In this document: positions 8,333 to 19,633 of the stretch, one piece after another
How the letters are laid out: every line of letters starts with the position of its first letter
Position numbering within the stretch: the stretch's first letter is position 1
DNA from: a virus
Length of the DNA stretch: 64,000 bases
IMG/VR virus record: IMGVR_UViG_3300034196_000019
Location: 1-64,000 of that record
Strand: one strand, 5' to 3'
Program-made: the position numbers and the translations under genes
The notes under the pieces: generated by a model
Databases searched by the model: none
Told to the model about the DNA's origin: nothing
The model's input: only the letters and a program-made list of their open reading frames with translations

Positions 8333-8713
8333 ATCTGCAACTCCTAATTGGTTTATTTCTTGTAGGTTATAGTAAAATACTATGAAAGTCAACTAGGCTA
8401 TAGTATTTTCTACTTTAAGAACTTTGATCTTAGAAATAACTGTTTTCTGAAATTCACATAGTGCTAGAGCATCTCGTAATTCCATACCAAGACGCCTCTG
8501 TTCTTCTCTTCCTAGATTCTTTCGGCTGACAGCTTTCTCAATGAGAGCTTTTGTTTCTGGAGACATACTTATTCCTCATTGTTTTAAGCCTATAAAAGAC
8601 GTTCTAATCTCTAAGCTGTGGGGTAGGGCTAGATAAGAGTTAAAACGTCTAGAGTGCGTGTAAATCATAGAGAAATACGGGTTTTGTAGTTAAACAGAGA
8701 TACTATCTTTGTA

Positions 8714-8935
8714 TTAAAGATCATTACCGTACAAATCTTTATCCTCGTACCACTCACCCCATTTGAACTGAGGCCTAACTTCACCCGTACCACCACACTC
8801 CTTACAATTCCACAGTCCACTCTCAATCTCTGCTTGAGCAATCTCAAAATCATAAAGATCAGATGCTTCTGGATACGTATGCCCATTGCCTTTGCAGGAT
8901 TTACATTCTTCATTCCACATCTTCATATTCTCCAA
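8714..8935 (-). CDS. DnaJ-type zinc-finger small protein
   Basis: CKSCKGNG and CKECGGTG motifs. Confidence 0.6.
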   Translation of the reverse strand: MENMKMWNEECKSCKGNGHTYPEASDLYDFEIAQAEIESGLWNCKECGGTGEVRPQFKWGEWYEDKDLYGNDL

Positions 8936-9016
8936 TCAATAGATTCTCTGGATCAATCCCAATATCGAATTCCACCACTGTACCATCATTCATTGTAATG
9001 CTCTGCATATTACTAT

Positions 9017-9292
9017 TCATTTCAAAATCAATTCCTGTTCACGAATACCAAATTTAATTTCTGTGTCTTGCCAATGTACAAAGCTATCATTGAAATCTTC
9101 AAAATTGTCTTTACACCATTGCCAATCTTCAGAGCCGACCCAATCAAGATGCTTATCATACTGGATAGCTTCTTCCCATGCAACAAGATATTTTGCAATT
9201 TCTTCTGTAGCGCAGAGGTGGACAGGCCATGAATCGGATCTGCCAGGATCTGAGGCATACACTTCATAGATATATTGGATGTTATCGTTCAT
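9017..9292 (-). CDS. Hypothetical protein
   Basis: ATG 9292 overlaps the upstream stop; acidic 91-aa protein. Confidence 0.6.
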   Translation of the reverse strand: MNDNIQYIYEVYASDPGRSDSWPVHLCATEEIAKYLVAWEEAIQYDKHLDWVGSEDWQWCKDNFEDFNDSFVHWQDTEIKFGIREQELILK

Positions 9293-9669
9293 TAGATATA
9301 GCACTCCGAGTATAGTGTTCCGGGGCACTGATCTTCACGGATGATCTGACCAGCTTCCCTTGCAATTGGATAGGCTTCTTTTCGAGTAAGGAAATTACCA
9401 TACTGATCTGTGAAGCCTTGCACCATTTTATCAAGGCCACACCACTCATTAAGTAGCTCCGGTCCAATTGCATAAATCTGTAGCTGCATGATAGGGCAGC
9501 TATGGCGCGTGCCTGTCACAATATAGCCGTTATAGTTATAGGCTGATTGGGCAATCCTTCGTTGAACACCGTAATATTCCCAACGAGGACGACCATCTTC
9601 CATAATGTTAGAAGACATGTGATTCTGATAAATTTCAATTGCTTCGCGAATCTTTGCAAACTTGTCCAT
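9292..9669 (-). CDS. Conserved-type phage hypothetical protein
   Basis: GTRH...QGFTDQYGNFLTRKEA...LYSE motif pattern. Confidence 0.7.
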   Translation of the reverse strand: MDKFAKIREAIEIYQNHMSSNIMEDGRPRWEYYGVQRRIAQSAYNYNGYIVTGTRHSCPIMQLQIYAIGPELLNEWCGLDKMVQGFTDQYGNFLTRKEAYPIAREAGQIIREDQCPGTLYSECYI

Positions 9670-11025
9670 TTATTTTACCTCAATCCGACAAAATGTTGTA
9701 TCACCAAGAATGTCTTTCCATGCTTTAATCATAGCATCATACAAATCTTGTTTTGCACTCTCTTTAACCAAAGCGCTATCATGGTAGCAAAGGATTGTAT
9801 GGCCTTTCTCTCCCATTGCACCAACAATGTTCATCATAATTCTACTGTCGATGTTTTGCAAGACAATCCCACCATCTTTAAAGAAATAGTCTTCAATCAG
9901 GTCGTTATGATATTGGACGGCTGTAAGCACTCTACCATAGTCCACTGAGCCTGTCATTGCATAAAACAACTGCTCCATTTTAACTTTATCACGATCCTGT
10001 CGTACTTTATTACCAAGAGCGTATGCAGCAGCTTTCATATCCTCAGAATTCATACCAATAAGGATTGCTAGCTTTGCCAAAGTACGTGTTGGATTATGTA
10101 CCTTCCCTGTTGCTGATTCAATCTCTTTCTTTAGCTTTTCATCTACTTCGATAAATGACAAGTCAGCATCATATGGGGAGAAGTCCTCTCCGAGAACATC
10201 GTAGACATTCAGACCATCATTGTACATCTGCTGATAGCAAATACTTGGGTGAATGGCAGAATAATCTAGCTCAACAACAGGCTCACCATCGATCATTAGG
10301 GAGGATGCCCGTACATGCTGAGGAAGAAGCTGGACACCACCACCAAGTGTATAGAGACGACCACCTGTGTTCACATCACCAGAAAAGATACGTCGATACG
10401 CAACATCAGCAATTCTACGGCCATCGAATGTAATGTCTGCACCTTCTAGTTTACTGTTCAACATTTTCACCTCTTGTTTAATGCCTTTGAATCCATTGAT
10501 ACCACGAGTGGGCATTAAGTATCTTGTCTTACGTTTGCGGATGATAGCAAGATCGTTCTCATCTAAGTCTTTCCACAAATTGTATTCTGTATTAACGTTT
10601 TCCCACATATCTAAAGTTCTGTCTCTAAACACCATACAGGACGGAATGGTTTCATCTGGAACACGATTACCTGCTACCACCTTCCAAGATTTCACATAGC
10701 CTTTATAAACATCAATATAGCCGTTTTGCTCAAGGTATTTTACTAAACTCTGCACCTTCCTAAATCCAATCTTCTGTTTGTTACCTGTATAAATATCTTG
10801 CCTCATGCTAAAGACAAATCCTTTAGCGTTCTTCTTGATTGCCCTAGCGCTGTTGCTAATCCACCATCTTACGGCTTCATTCCACTTATGTCCAGTACGA
10901 TCTTGTATTTCTTCAATAAGCTTTCTGTAGTATTTTGATTCATGAAAGAACACATAGCTGCGTACACAGGATAGGTTGACAGTATAGGCATCTGAGTCTT
11001 TCATATTAGCTAATTCATAGATCAA
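9670..11025 (-). CDS. Minimal family-A (PolA/T7-RNAP superfamily) polymerase-like protein
   Basis: GGRLY, motif A VELDYSAIHP, motif B RTLAKLAILIGMN, motif C YHDSALV; no exonuclease motifs seen. Confidence 0.7.
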   Translation of the reverse strand: MIYELANMKDSDAYTVNLSCVRSYVFFHESKYYRKLIEEIQDRTGHKWNEAVRWWISNSARAIKKNAKGFVFSMRQDIYTGNKQKIGFRKVQSLVKYLEQNGYIDVYKGYVKSWKVVAGNRVPDETIPSCMVFRDRTLDMWENVNTEYNLWKDLDENDLAIIRKRKTRYLMPTRGINGFKGIKQEVKMLNSKLEGADITFDGRRIADVAYRRIFSGDVNTGGRLYTLGGGVQLLPQHVRASSLMIDGEPVVELDYSAIHPSICYQQMYNDGLNVYDVLGEDFSPYDADLSFIEVDEKLKKEIESATGKVHNPTRTLAKLAILIGMNSEDMKAAAYALGNKVRQDRDKVKMEQLFYAMTGSVDYGRVLTAVQYHNDLIEDYFFKDGGIVLQNIDSRIMMNIVGAMGEKGHTILCYHDSALVKESAKQDLYDAMIKAWKDILGDTTFCRIEVK

Positions 11026-11174
11026 TTACTTCTCCTTGGGTAAGATAGTGGGAGGAGAGAGGTAGGGGGGATATAGGGAGGCTAGTATTAGTATACAAAT
11101 GAGAGACATAAATCCTCTACAGGCCACGGGTTATAAGGGTTTGTACAAAATTCTACTCGCCCCTTTCTCCGTTT

Positions 11175-11572
11175 TTAGTCCAAATAAACCCTCATTGCCC
11201 AGGTGACAAATCTCATTGGTGCATCCTTAAAATCATACACCACTCCATCAACTACCGCAATAGCGTGTCTTGCTACACAGACGTAATACCTCCCTTCAGG
11301 GTGCGTCTCACAGAATTTCTTTAAGGAGATACGATTATCTTTTGAGTATGGCCCAACTCTGTGTCTTGTCTTCTTTAGGGATGGCTGTAAGACTTTCCTT
11401 GAGACTACACCCCTGCACGGAGTACGTCCACACCTAAGTGACATATGTTTGTGTGCCATTTCGTAGCTTGTGTTCAGCACAATGGCAAAAGCCCGAACTG
11501 TGCAGTCATTCCTCTCTTTCTTAGCCTTGCTTGCTGAATCAATAGTTTCTGGTATTGTGAATATTTGTACAA
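11175..11572 (-). pseudogene. Cys/His papain-fold-like phage protein, frameshifted just after start
   Basis: NDCTVRAFAI...HAIAVVDG frame is open to 11570, but the RBS-linked TTG (11572) is in another frame. Confidence 0.5.
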
Positions 11573-11616
11573 AGCCTTATCTCCTATGTTGTCTGACTCA
11601 GATAATTCTGAAAAGA

Positions 11617-11699
11617 ATACTACCCCACCAATCCCCTCTCGTCAAGCATGAAAATAAACCAAAATTGAGCTTGCATATGCCCACTGCATAGGCTATTAT
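11617..11699. promoter_or_regulatory. Divergent sigma70 promoters
   Basis: (-) TTGACG-17-TAGTAT at 11645-11617; (+) TTGCAT-17-TATTAT at 11671-11699; located at the strand switch. Confidence 0.7.
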
Positions 11700-11729
11700 C
11701 TGGATTCAATTGATTAGGAGAGCTACGAA

Positions 11730-12023
11730 ATGATCAGCTATAACGACTTTCTTACTGCTACAGACCCACAGAACATTCCTGAGTTTAAGCATTCATACGA
11801 TGTGTTCAAGAAGGATAACAGGGCACGCACTAGCCTTAATAAAACCTTGGAGACCTCGTACAAAGCTGTATACAGACGGGAATCTAAATACAAAAGCCCG
11901 CAATGGTCTGCCGATGATATCAATCTCTCTGGAGAAGATTTCTACATCGTAACAGCTAATGGTAAAATTCTGTCTCACACAAACTCTGAATGGGGTGCTA
12001 TTGAGGTTGCCAAGAAGTGGTAA
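11730..12023 (+). CDS. Hypothetical early protein
   Basis: AGGAG RBS; first ORF after the promoter. Confidence 0.7.
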   Translation: MISYNDFLTATDPQNIPEFKHSYDVFKKDNRARTSLNKTLETSYKAVYRRESKYKSPQWSADDINLSGEDFYIVTANGKILSHTNSEWGAIEVAKKW

Positions 12024-12355
12024 AATTCACAAATGGCAACCTTGACAACTACGTCAGAGAATGCTTTAAAATAAACCCAGCATCTACATTCTCTTGGTTC
12101 CTAATTTGTAGCTATGCTTATTACCAAAGGTATGAAAGCCTTCTCGGAGACTCTACCTTCGATAAGATGTGTGAGTATATGCTTAAGAATTATGATACCC
12201 TTGAGCATGTGAACAAGGATCTTGTGACAAAAGATATGCTATCCGCTGGTAGTGGGTACAACCTAAGAGAATCTGATTATCCTCTCAGAGTGCAAGTGAT
12301 ATCTGATGAGCTGATTAGGGAATATTATAGTACTTTGGTTGGAGGAGACAGTTAA
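12017..12355 (+). CDS. Stand-alone NAD-dependent ligase domain Ia-like protein
   Basis: YAYY...LLGDSTFDKM resembles LigA YY...SDaeYD. Confidence 0.5.
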   Translation: MVKFTNGNLDNYVRECFKINPASTFSWFLICSYAYYQRYESLLGDSTFDKMCEYMLKNYDTLEHVNKDLVTKDMLSAGSGYNLRESDYPLRVQVISDELIREYYSTLVGGDS

Positions 12356-12491
12356 TGAGCAGCAAGAAAAGCCCCACAGGCTGGATGGCATACGTAGCTG
12401 AATATAAAGCTCTGTATCCTGATAAAAGAATTGACTACAAAGCTCTGATGCAAGAGTATATTAATACTAGACAAAATAAGGAGTCTGAATA

Positions 12492-15400
12492 ATGAAACGA
12501 GTGATTGAATACACCTATCGTACATTTGATATTGGTTGTGGATGCTGTAGTGATTCATCTTCTGAATATGATCTATTTGAAGACTGTCAAATTATAAGTT
12601 GGGGGAACCAGTGTGGATATTGCTCCGACGAGAAAGACTTGCGGAGCGAGCTATCTCACCTTGAACCATTTGAGATTTCAAAAGATAGTACTTATTACTA
12701 GGAGATTGATATGAACGTACTTCAGAAGATAACAGACATCAAGATTAACCTTATGAAAAATAGAGGGTCTGATCCTACAGTTGCTTACCTCGGGAGGATA
12801 GAGATTGAATACATCAAAGAACATCTTAATTATTTTACTGAGAAAGTTGGCAGCACAGACGAAGATATGCTCCTTGGATTGAAATTAATCTGTGTTGACA
12901 GAGAGACATACCTAGCTGTACACTAGCCTTCAAACAAAACCCGTAATTTCAACGTAAAACCAATGCTAAAAGACACGTTCTCTGTCTAGGGTATGCAGAC
13001 GTACTGGGTGTGAAGTAGCGTGTCTTTTAGTGGTGATAAACATAGGATAAAGAATATGAGTCTCTTTAACAAAGAGTTGCTAAATAAAGCTAGCTTCAAA
13101 TGGCAACAGCTTGACGGTAAGACGCTTAGGCTTAAATCTTTATTGGACGAAGAGTCTCAACAAGTTTGTACTTGCGGCAGTACAGAGGATGGAGTAGTAT
13201 ATTTCATTGCAATTGAAGATATTATTAAAACTAATCAGGAGAACACAATTGATTAATAAAGCCTATTTACAATCTCTCACAGAAGCTGAACGTGAGGAGA
13301 TGCGTGCTAAAGCTGCACAATCTCGCCTTGACAAGAAGGCAGCATCTGCTAATATTCAGGCTATGGCTGATGAGAACTACTGGAGGGAACTCTGCTCATC
13401 ACTAAATGTCCGTATGCCTAGATCTGTTTGCCAGGCATCAGAGCTTAAATATGTACGTCGTATTGGTGATAAGCTTGGTGTAGATATCAATACATGGGTT
13501 AAAGATGTTTGTGGTTGCAAAAGTCTTAAGGAAGTGGCAGAATTGAACCCTAACATTGGAGCAGTTGGAATGGTAGGATTCTTCATCGAGCATTGTAAAG
13601 AGGTACTAGACGGTAAATTTATTGAGACACCAAAGGAGAAGAATGATGAATGAAGTTAAACGATATACATTTAAGGGTGCGGCAGGTTCATACGTCTATG
13701 CTAACGACTTTGATAAGGTAATTATCGAGCGTGACGCGGCGCTGGCTTTGAGTGTAGAAAAGATCATGATTGATGTTGTCCCAGGGTATTACGGTATGGG
13801 AGAAGAGGTTTACGCAAAGTCAATTACAGATATTGAAAATCTCCTTAATAAACTTTGTGATGCTGGTGAGCTGCTTCAGGACCGGGTAGATATTTTAGAG
13901 TCTCTTCTATATAAATACTATAGAAATTCTGATGTATGTGCATTTATGGCAAAAGATATTGAAAAAGAACTTAAGTTGGTAAGAAAATAGAATGATTAAA
14001 TATTCCCAATATCTAGAAACTACTTCCCACTTGCAGCCTTTAAGCTCTGGGAATTCCACTCTCACATGGTATAAAGATTTTGTTGTGAATAATACTCTGC
14101 TGCGTTATAGTGGCCTCGTAGATAGCGAATATGTGGATGTCACTGCATTGCAGTCAGAAGAGAATATTACTCGGGAGAATAAATAATGAACATCTCAAGA
14201 GAAGCAAGAGAACTTCTAGCTTATGAGTATATGAACTCAAGAAATGAAGGTCCATATCCAACATATGCAGATCTTGCACTGAGCGGTAATGGTAGTTTTA
14301 CTTTATGCTCCCTACGAGCAATTGATAAAGTTATTCAAAGAGCTAAACCATTAGAGGAAGCTATTATACTCCTTGACAGAGTAGTTACAGAGGTGGGGAG
14401 GAGTATCACTCCAGAGCTGCGATCAGAAATTGATAATATTCTAAGTAAAACTATGTATTCTGGAGAATAACAATGCTCAAGAAATGCTGTTTTGATTATA
14501 AGGCTAAGGAGTTTCCTCTTAATATTGCTGAATATTTCAAGATGATTGAGAATTATATGTGCCCTGTATGTGGAAATGGAGAAATTAAATGAGTATGAAT
14601 CTTGCGCTTAGGTTCGGAAGTATTACAGATTACGATACTCCATATCAGACACCAACATGGTTAACAAATCTGGCACTACATTCTAAAGATACGACGGATA
14701 CGTATAAGAATTATTTTATTGAAATTCACGGTGGTCTTAATGAAGAACTAGTTGAAAACTTTAGCAAGATAGACCAAAGGATTACTAACGGCTATCACTG
14801 GATTATGGTGTAATGTATGAGTGCTGGTGCTGGACAGAATACGGTTGGATACACGGACAAGACTGTGGCACAATATGTAATGGAAAGTATACAGTCTTTA
14901 GACCATATCTAGACTGGAGCTACAGCGAATATTCATATAAATTTATTGTAGAATACGAAGCTCAATTGTGGTATGGTAAGAATATTCCTGAGCATTGGGC
15001 TTTGGAACCAAAGAATAAGTGGAGAATTTAATATATGAAAACACAAGAGGCTATTAATTATCTCCTAACACGAGCTAAAGAATATGGATACACAGAGAGT
15101 ATGATTAAAGGGCTTGCTCCTGATTTGAAATACTTGGTTGAAGGACTAGAGGATTGGGACACTGATACTCTTGATGTACTGTTTGATGATTTGTTTTAAA
15201 GAGGAGTAAAGTATGTCTGAACCAAAGAAGAAAGATATTGTAACTATTCTGGTTAGCTATGAGGAATTTATTGATTATACCTTTATCCACCCAGGAAGCT
15301 TTTACGTTCGTATGGCTACAGGAGACTTTATCTTCTTTAAGACATCTGATCGTAAAGTAGCACAGCAAGAAATTGATAACATGTTAGGTAAAGGCCGTTA

Positions 15401-15500
15401 TACAGCCATTCCAAGCAAGACACAAAAGACTAAAAGCAAACTGGAGTCTGGTGGCCTTAGCTGTACTGGAACTTCTACGAGAAGGGGTCAGTCTAAATGA
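12492..15500 (+). other. Cluster of small hypothetical early genes (e.g. 12492-12701, 12711-12926, 13056-13256, 13249-13653, 13646-13990, 13992-14186, 14186-14470, 14589-14813, 14813-15031, 15213-15500)
   Basis: Tightly packed co-directional ORFs with GGAG RBSs and overlapping start/stop codons. Confidence 0.7.
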
Positions 15501-15740
15501 CAGATCATCTAATTAAGATTAAACAGTTATTGTGGAAAGCAGATCAACAAGACACAACTTATAAAATGAAAAAGTATTGCATTACTCTAGCTGCTAGGCT
15601 GCAAAAAGAGTACAACGATTTACAGAAGGATAAGAAATGATCTGGATATTTGGCTTAATCACAGGGCTAGCTTTCAATATGCCACTTTGGTGGTGGGTAA
15701 TGGGCTTTATATTTGCAGCACTTACATCGGAGGCACAGAA

Positions 15741-16084
15741 ATGGAAGTTCAAGTTCGTGAGGAATTATATCTAGAGTCAGGAGTTGAGTCTGTAAGGACA
15801 GTACAAGAGCTTTACGACTACTCAAAGAAGCTCTTGTGTGAAGTACAGTGGTGATACAGAAATCAGCATTGGTGGATATGACTTCTATGAATGCGTTACT
15901 ATCTATCACTCGCGACGAAAGGCCAGATGAATTCCTTAAAAGGAAAGCTTGGGCTCACAATAAGCAACTAATCAAAGATAACAAACATGAAGCATCGGCG
16001 CATAAACAAATTGTTGAAGAATTTGGATACGACTACTATCAACGCTTGATTAATGAAATTACAAATGGAGAAAAACATGTCTAA
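15741..16084 (+). pseudogene. Hypothetical gene with two apparent frameshifts
   Basis: GGAGG-ATG MEVQVREE...KKLL / VKYSGDTEISIGGYDFYECVTIY / RDERPDEFLKRK... lie in three successive frames. Confidence 0.45.
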
Positions 16085-16553
16085 CAATCGCACATACGAT
16101 GAAAACTTCAAGATTATTGATACAGCAGATATTCAAACAGCCTCTCTTGTTAAGTATGCTAATGCCATTGGATACGAAGCTGTATATCGAACAGATGAGA
16201 ATGGTAAAGATATTCCTGTACGATTTAAGCAGCCTAATTTCCGGTGTGTAGGGCAGGAATATACCTCTGTACGTACAATGCTCAAGCTGCACAATGAAGC
16301 TAGTGAGCAAACATTTGAATATGTCAAGACACTTAGTAAAGATGAATCTCTTGCAGAGTTCTTGAATCGCGAGAATGATGAAGGGTATAATATTATTAAT
16401 CTCTTGTTTGCTGGTACATGCAAGACTGTGCAACAAGTGAAGGGACAAGGTACACGAAAGAAAGGACTTGTAATTCAAAGTGGAATGGTTAAGTTTATGA
16501 CAGACCACGCTTATTATCAGCATACTTGTATGCTTCTTGATGAGGATAAATAA
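16077..16553 (+). CDS. Hypothetical protein
   Basis: ATG after GGAG; 158 aa. Confidence 0.7.
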   Translation: MSNNRTYDENFKIIDTADIQTASLVKYANAIGYEAVYRTDENGKDIPVRFKQPNFRCVGQEYTSVRTMLKLHNEASEQTFEYVKTLSKDESLAEFLNRENDEGYNIINLLFAGTCKTVQQVKGQGTRKKGLVIQSGMVKFMTDHAYYQHTCMLLDEDK

Positions 16554-16716
16554 TGCCACCAATCTATGAAATCTATTACGAAAATAAATCTGGGGATGTT
16601 GTGTTCTGTAGTGATCACATTACATCTGAGATGGAAGCTCGTGATGAGCTTAGGCAACTTAAGGTTGAGTTTCCAGAATATGACTACTGGTATGAAGCTA
16701 TTTATGAGGACGAGCA

Positions 16717-16977
16717 ATGATCATTGGCTTTCTAACATACTTGATGATTGGTGGCCTGCTTTGTATTTTCACACAAGGTAGTGTCAAGAAAGACCTTGAA
16801 CATACTCTTCCAGCATGGTATAAAGAATACACAGAGGACCAAAGATTCATTGAAAGCAATGATAAATTCTCATACGATACATTTGTAAAACTTCTGTCAG
16901 CTATGGTATTCTTCCTTGTAACATTCTTCTGGCCTTATTTTATGTATCTGCTAGTTAAAGGAATCTTTAAGAAATGA
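16717..16977 (+). CDS. Hypothetical membrane protein
   Basis: Two hydrophobic segments, FFWP motif. Confidence 0.65.
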   Translation: MIIGFLTYLMIGGLLCIFTQGSVKKDLEHTLPAWYKEYTEDQRFIESNDKFSYDTFVKLLSAMVFFLVTFFWPYFMYLLVKGIFKK

Positions 16978-17414
16978 ACCAACGGTGGCTTGATCACTTT
17001 GTACGCCTTGTTAAAGAAAAGGCTGCAATGAGCAGAGATGCTGATACAAAGGTTGGGTCTATCATTATCTCAGAAGAGGATATGGTAGAGATTAGTTCTG
17101 GTTATAATGATCTTGCACGAGGAGTTAGGCATACACCAGAACGCAACTCGCGTCCCACTAAATATCTGTGGTCTGTACATAGCGAAGCAAATGCAGTGGC
17201 GAATGCCGCCAGGTTAGGACGAAAAACGAGGGGCGCTACAATCATCACAAACCTTTGTCCTTGCAATCAGTGTGCTGCCTTGATTATCAATGCTGGGATT
17301 ACCAAAGTGATTTGCCCTCCTGTTTATGACCACTACAAATATGCAGCAGAGTGGCAGAATACGCTGGATATGTTTCAAGAAGCTGAAGTAACTGTTTATT
17401 TTGAGGAGATGTAA
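16974..17414 (+). CDS. dCMP deaminase
   Basis: HSEANA and PCNQC zinc motifs; SRD..TKVG and GYN. Confidence 0.9.
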   Translation: MNQRWLDHFVRLVKEKAAMSRDADTKVGSIIISEEDMVEISSGYNDLARGVRHTPERNSRPTKYLWSVHSEANAVANAARLGRKTRGATIITNLCPCNQCAALIINAGITKVICPPVYDHYKYAAEWQNTLDMFQEAEVTVYFEEM

Positions 17415-19204
17415 GTGGTGAAAGACTTTATTGGTTACACGAAAGTAGAACCTTTCTTGATTGAAAGAGCACTTCGTAATTTTAATAAATGGAACAGTAA
17501 GTGGTATGGTAAACTTCAAGGCTACCGTCAAGAACTTATTGGTAAGTTTGATAATAAGCCTCTGAATAAGATTCTTATGTCTATTGGTTTTAAGTATTCC
17601 GAAACTTATAAGGTTAACAGCTTTTCTGGTATCATGGCTCACGAATATTGGTCCGTACTCAAGATTGTTCCAAATGAAGTATTTGATGAGTTTAAAGAAT
17701 ACTACAATAAAGACTTTGCATCTGTAGCCAAAGGACTTCGTTCACTGATTGTTGTTGGGAACGAAGATCCATATGTATCAGCAGAAGGCCGTAATTTTAT
17801 TCGACGGTTCACTAATAAAGAGGAAATCTAAATGAAAATCAAAGTAACCAAGTTATACACTAAACAAGAAGACGGCACTATCGCTGGAGCTACAGGCATC
17901 GTATCCTTCTACGACAAGAACAATAACCTCCTGCATCAAGAATGGTTCAATGGGAAAATTGATAGCCCCTATGAGCGAGATGTGTTCTATTCTGGAGAGT
18001 GGACACGCTATGATAGTGAAGTGTCTCCTGCAAATGGTACATTTAAATATGAATTGCTAGATGTTCCAGAGAAGTCTTAATAATGACTGAGATTATTGAA
18101 GCTACCAATCTTGATGAAGACTCTATTCATGAAGTATCTGGTATTGTAGAGAGTCCTAGTCAACAAAGGAAGGTGTTCACTTCGCTCAAGGAATCTCTAG
18201 AATTTGCAATGTGGGCACGACCTAGATCATTAGCTATAAATACAGAGAGTGGACATGTTGTGATGGATTATTTAGGGAGTGAAGGGCATTCATGAAACAG
18301 TCTCTGATTGACACTATCAAATGTTCATACTGTGGACTATCCTCTTGCAAGAAGGAATGCCCTGCTGAGACAAGCATGTATGTTTACAAACTATTCCTTG
18401 AGCAGCTTACAGAGTTTACAGATGAGCAGCTAGCACATGTACACTATGAAATCTTCGAAGAGGCTAGAATTAGGGCTGGAGTACTATTGAAATGACAGAT
18501 CATCCACTGAAGAACATTGCAGAATGGCGTAAAGGATGTTCTTGTGCTACAGGGCACCCTAGTACGTGTGAGGCTTGCACAGAGGGGTTGATTCAAGCTA
18601 TTGAGAATTGGTTCAAGGAGAATGACACATACCAAACAAAACCTCCTGAAAATAAATATTGACGCACACACAAAGACCTCCTACAATCAGGGGGTCTTAT
18701 CATTTCTAGGAGAATATTTGTGATTACAAAACTAAACTACGCGTACCCTGGGTCGAAGATTAGGTTAAAGGCAAACGACTATTTTACTTATGATCTATAC
18801 CCAAAATTTAGGGAGGTGTTCACTCCTGGGGCAATCCATACTGTACTCTGTACAGATATGTTTGGATACCCAAGTATTGAGGTTGATAGTGTTGAGCTTC
18901 TTTTAGTAGATAGTGAGTATGAACTTTTCTAGGAGAGAAACACATGAGAAAGATTAAATCTAAGGAACGTCAGAATGGGATGCGGTATTGCACGTTTTGT
19001 AAGCCAAATAAAGTAGATGCTATATACAGAAATACTAATGTACATTGTCAAAAGAAGGATGAGAAGCTTCAGTTCGCATGCCTAGAACATAAAGATCTTC
19101 TTATAGATGGTACAGCCGTAAATTGGGAAAGAGGCACAGAAGTAGTAGATTATAATGAACATAGTGAAGCAAACTATCAGATTCGTGGGATGTACGGAAT
19201 TTAG
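17415..19204 (+). other. Small hypothetical genes (17415-17831, 17832-18080, 18083-18295, 18292-18495, 18720-18932, 18944-19204)
   Basis: Adjacent ORFs with RBSs. Confidence 0.7.
18659..18687 (+). promoter_or_regulatory. Sigma70 promoter
   Basis: TTGACG-17-TACAAT. Confidence 0.75.
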
Positions 19205-19215
19205 GAGAGTAAAAT

Positions 19216-19633
19216 ATGTGGCCTTTTGCTTGGTTTAGTAAGAAAGAATATTGCAGTAATTGTAAGGTACAGCTAACTCTGGAGGATAGACCACCGCTAC
19301 CTTTGTGTAATCTTTCAAATATGGCTCCTATGCCAAAAGTTAAGCCTTGTAAACAAGAAGAACCATCGACGATTTACTGTAGATAGTGTCTTCAGTGGCG
19401 ATGGTGATTGCTATACACTGAAAGATAAGGTTACTGGCGAAGAGTTTAACCTTATTGCTTACTATGGTAGGTACAGGGTTAAGGGTAATCTGTGGATCAC
19501 GAAATATGAAGTTAAGTATATCTATAACGTAGTTTCAACACTTCACAGAGGACGCGCAAAACGTAAAGTTGAGCTAGTTAATAATAGGAAGCGTAAAAAG
19601 TACATGAAGCTGTATGGTCCAAAGGAGGTTTAA
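19216..19633 (+). pseudogene. Hypothetical gene with frameshift near 19365
   Basis: MWPFAWF...KQEEP continues in another frame as RRFTVDSVFSGDG...GPKEV*, ending just before the helicase start. Confidence 0.5.

Noticed and set aside
8144-8566. Readthrough fusion at TAG 8393
   Set aside because: The in-frame continuation overlaps a promoter-like TTGACT and the downstream gene has its own RBS and GTG at 8332.
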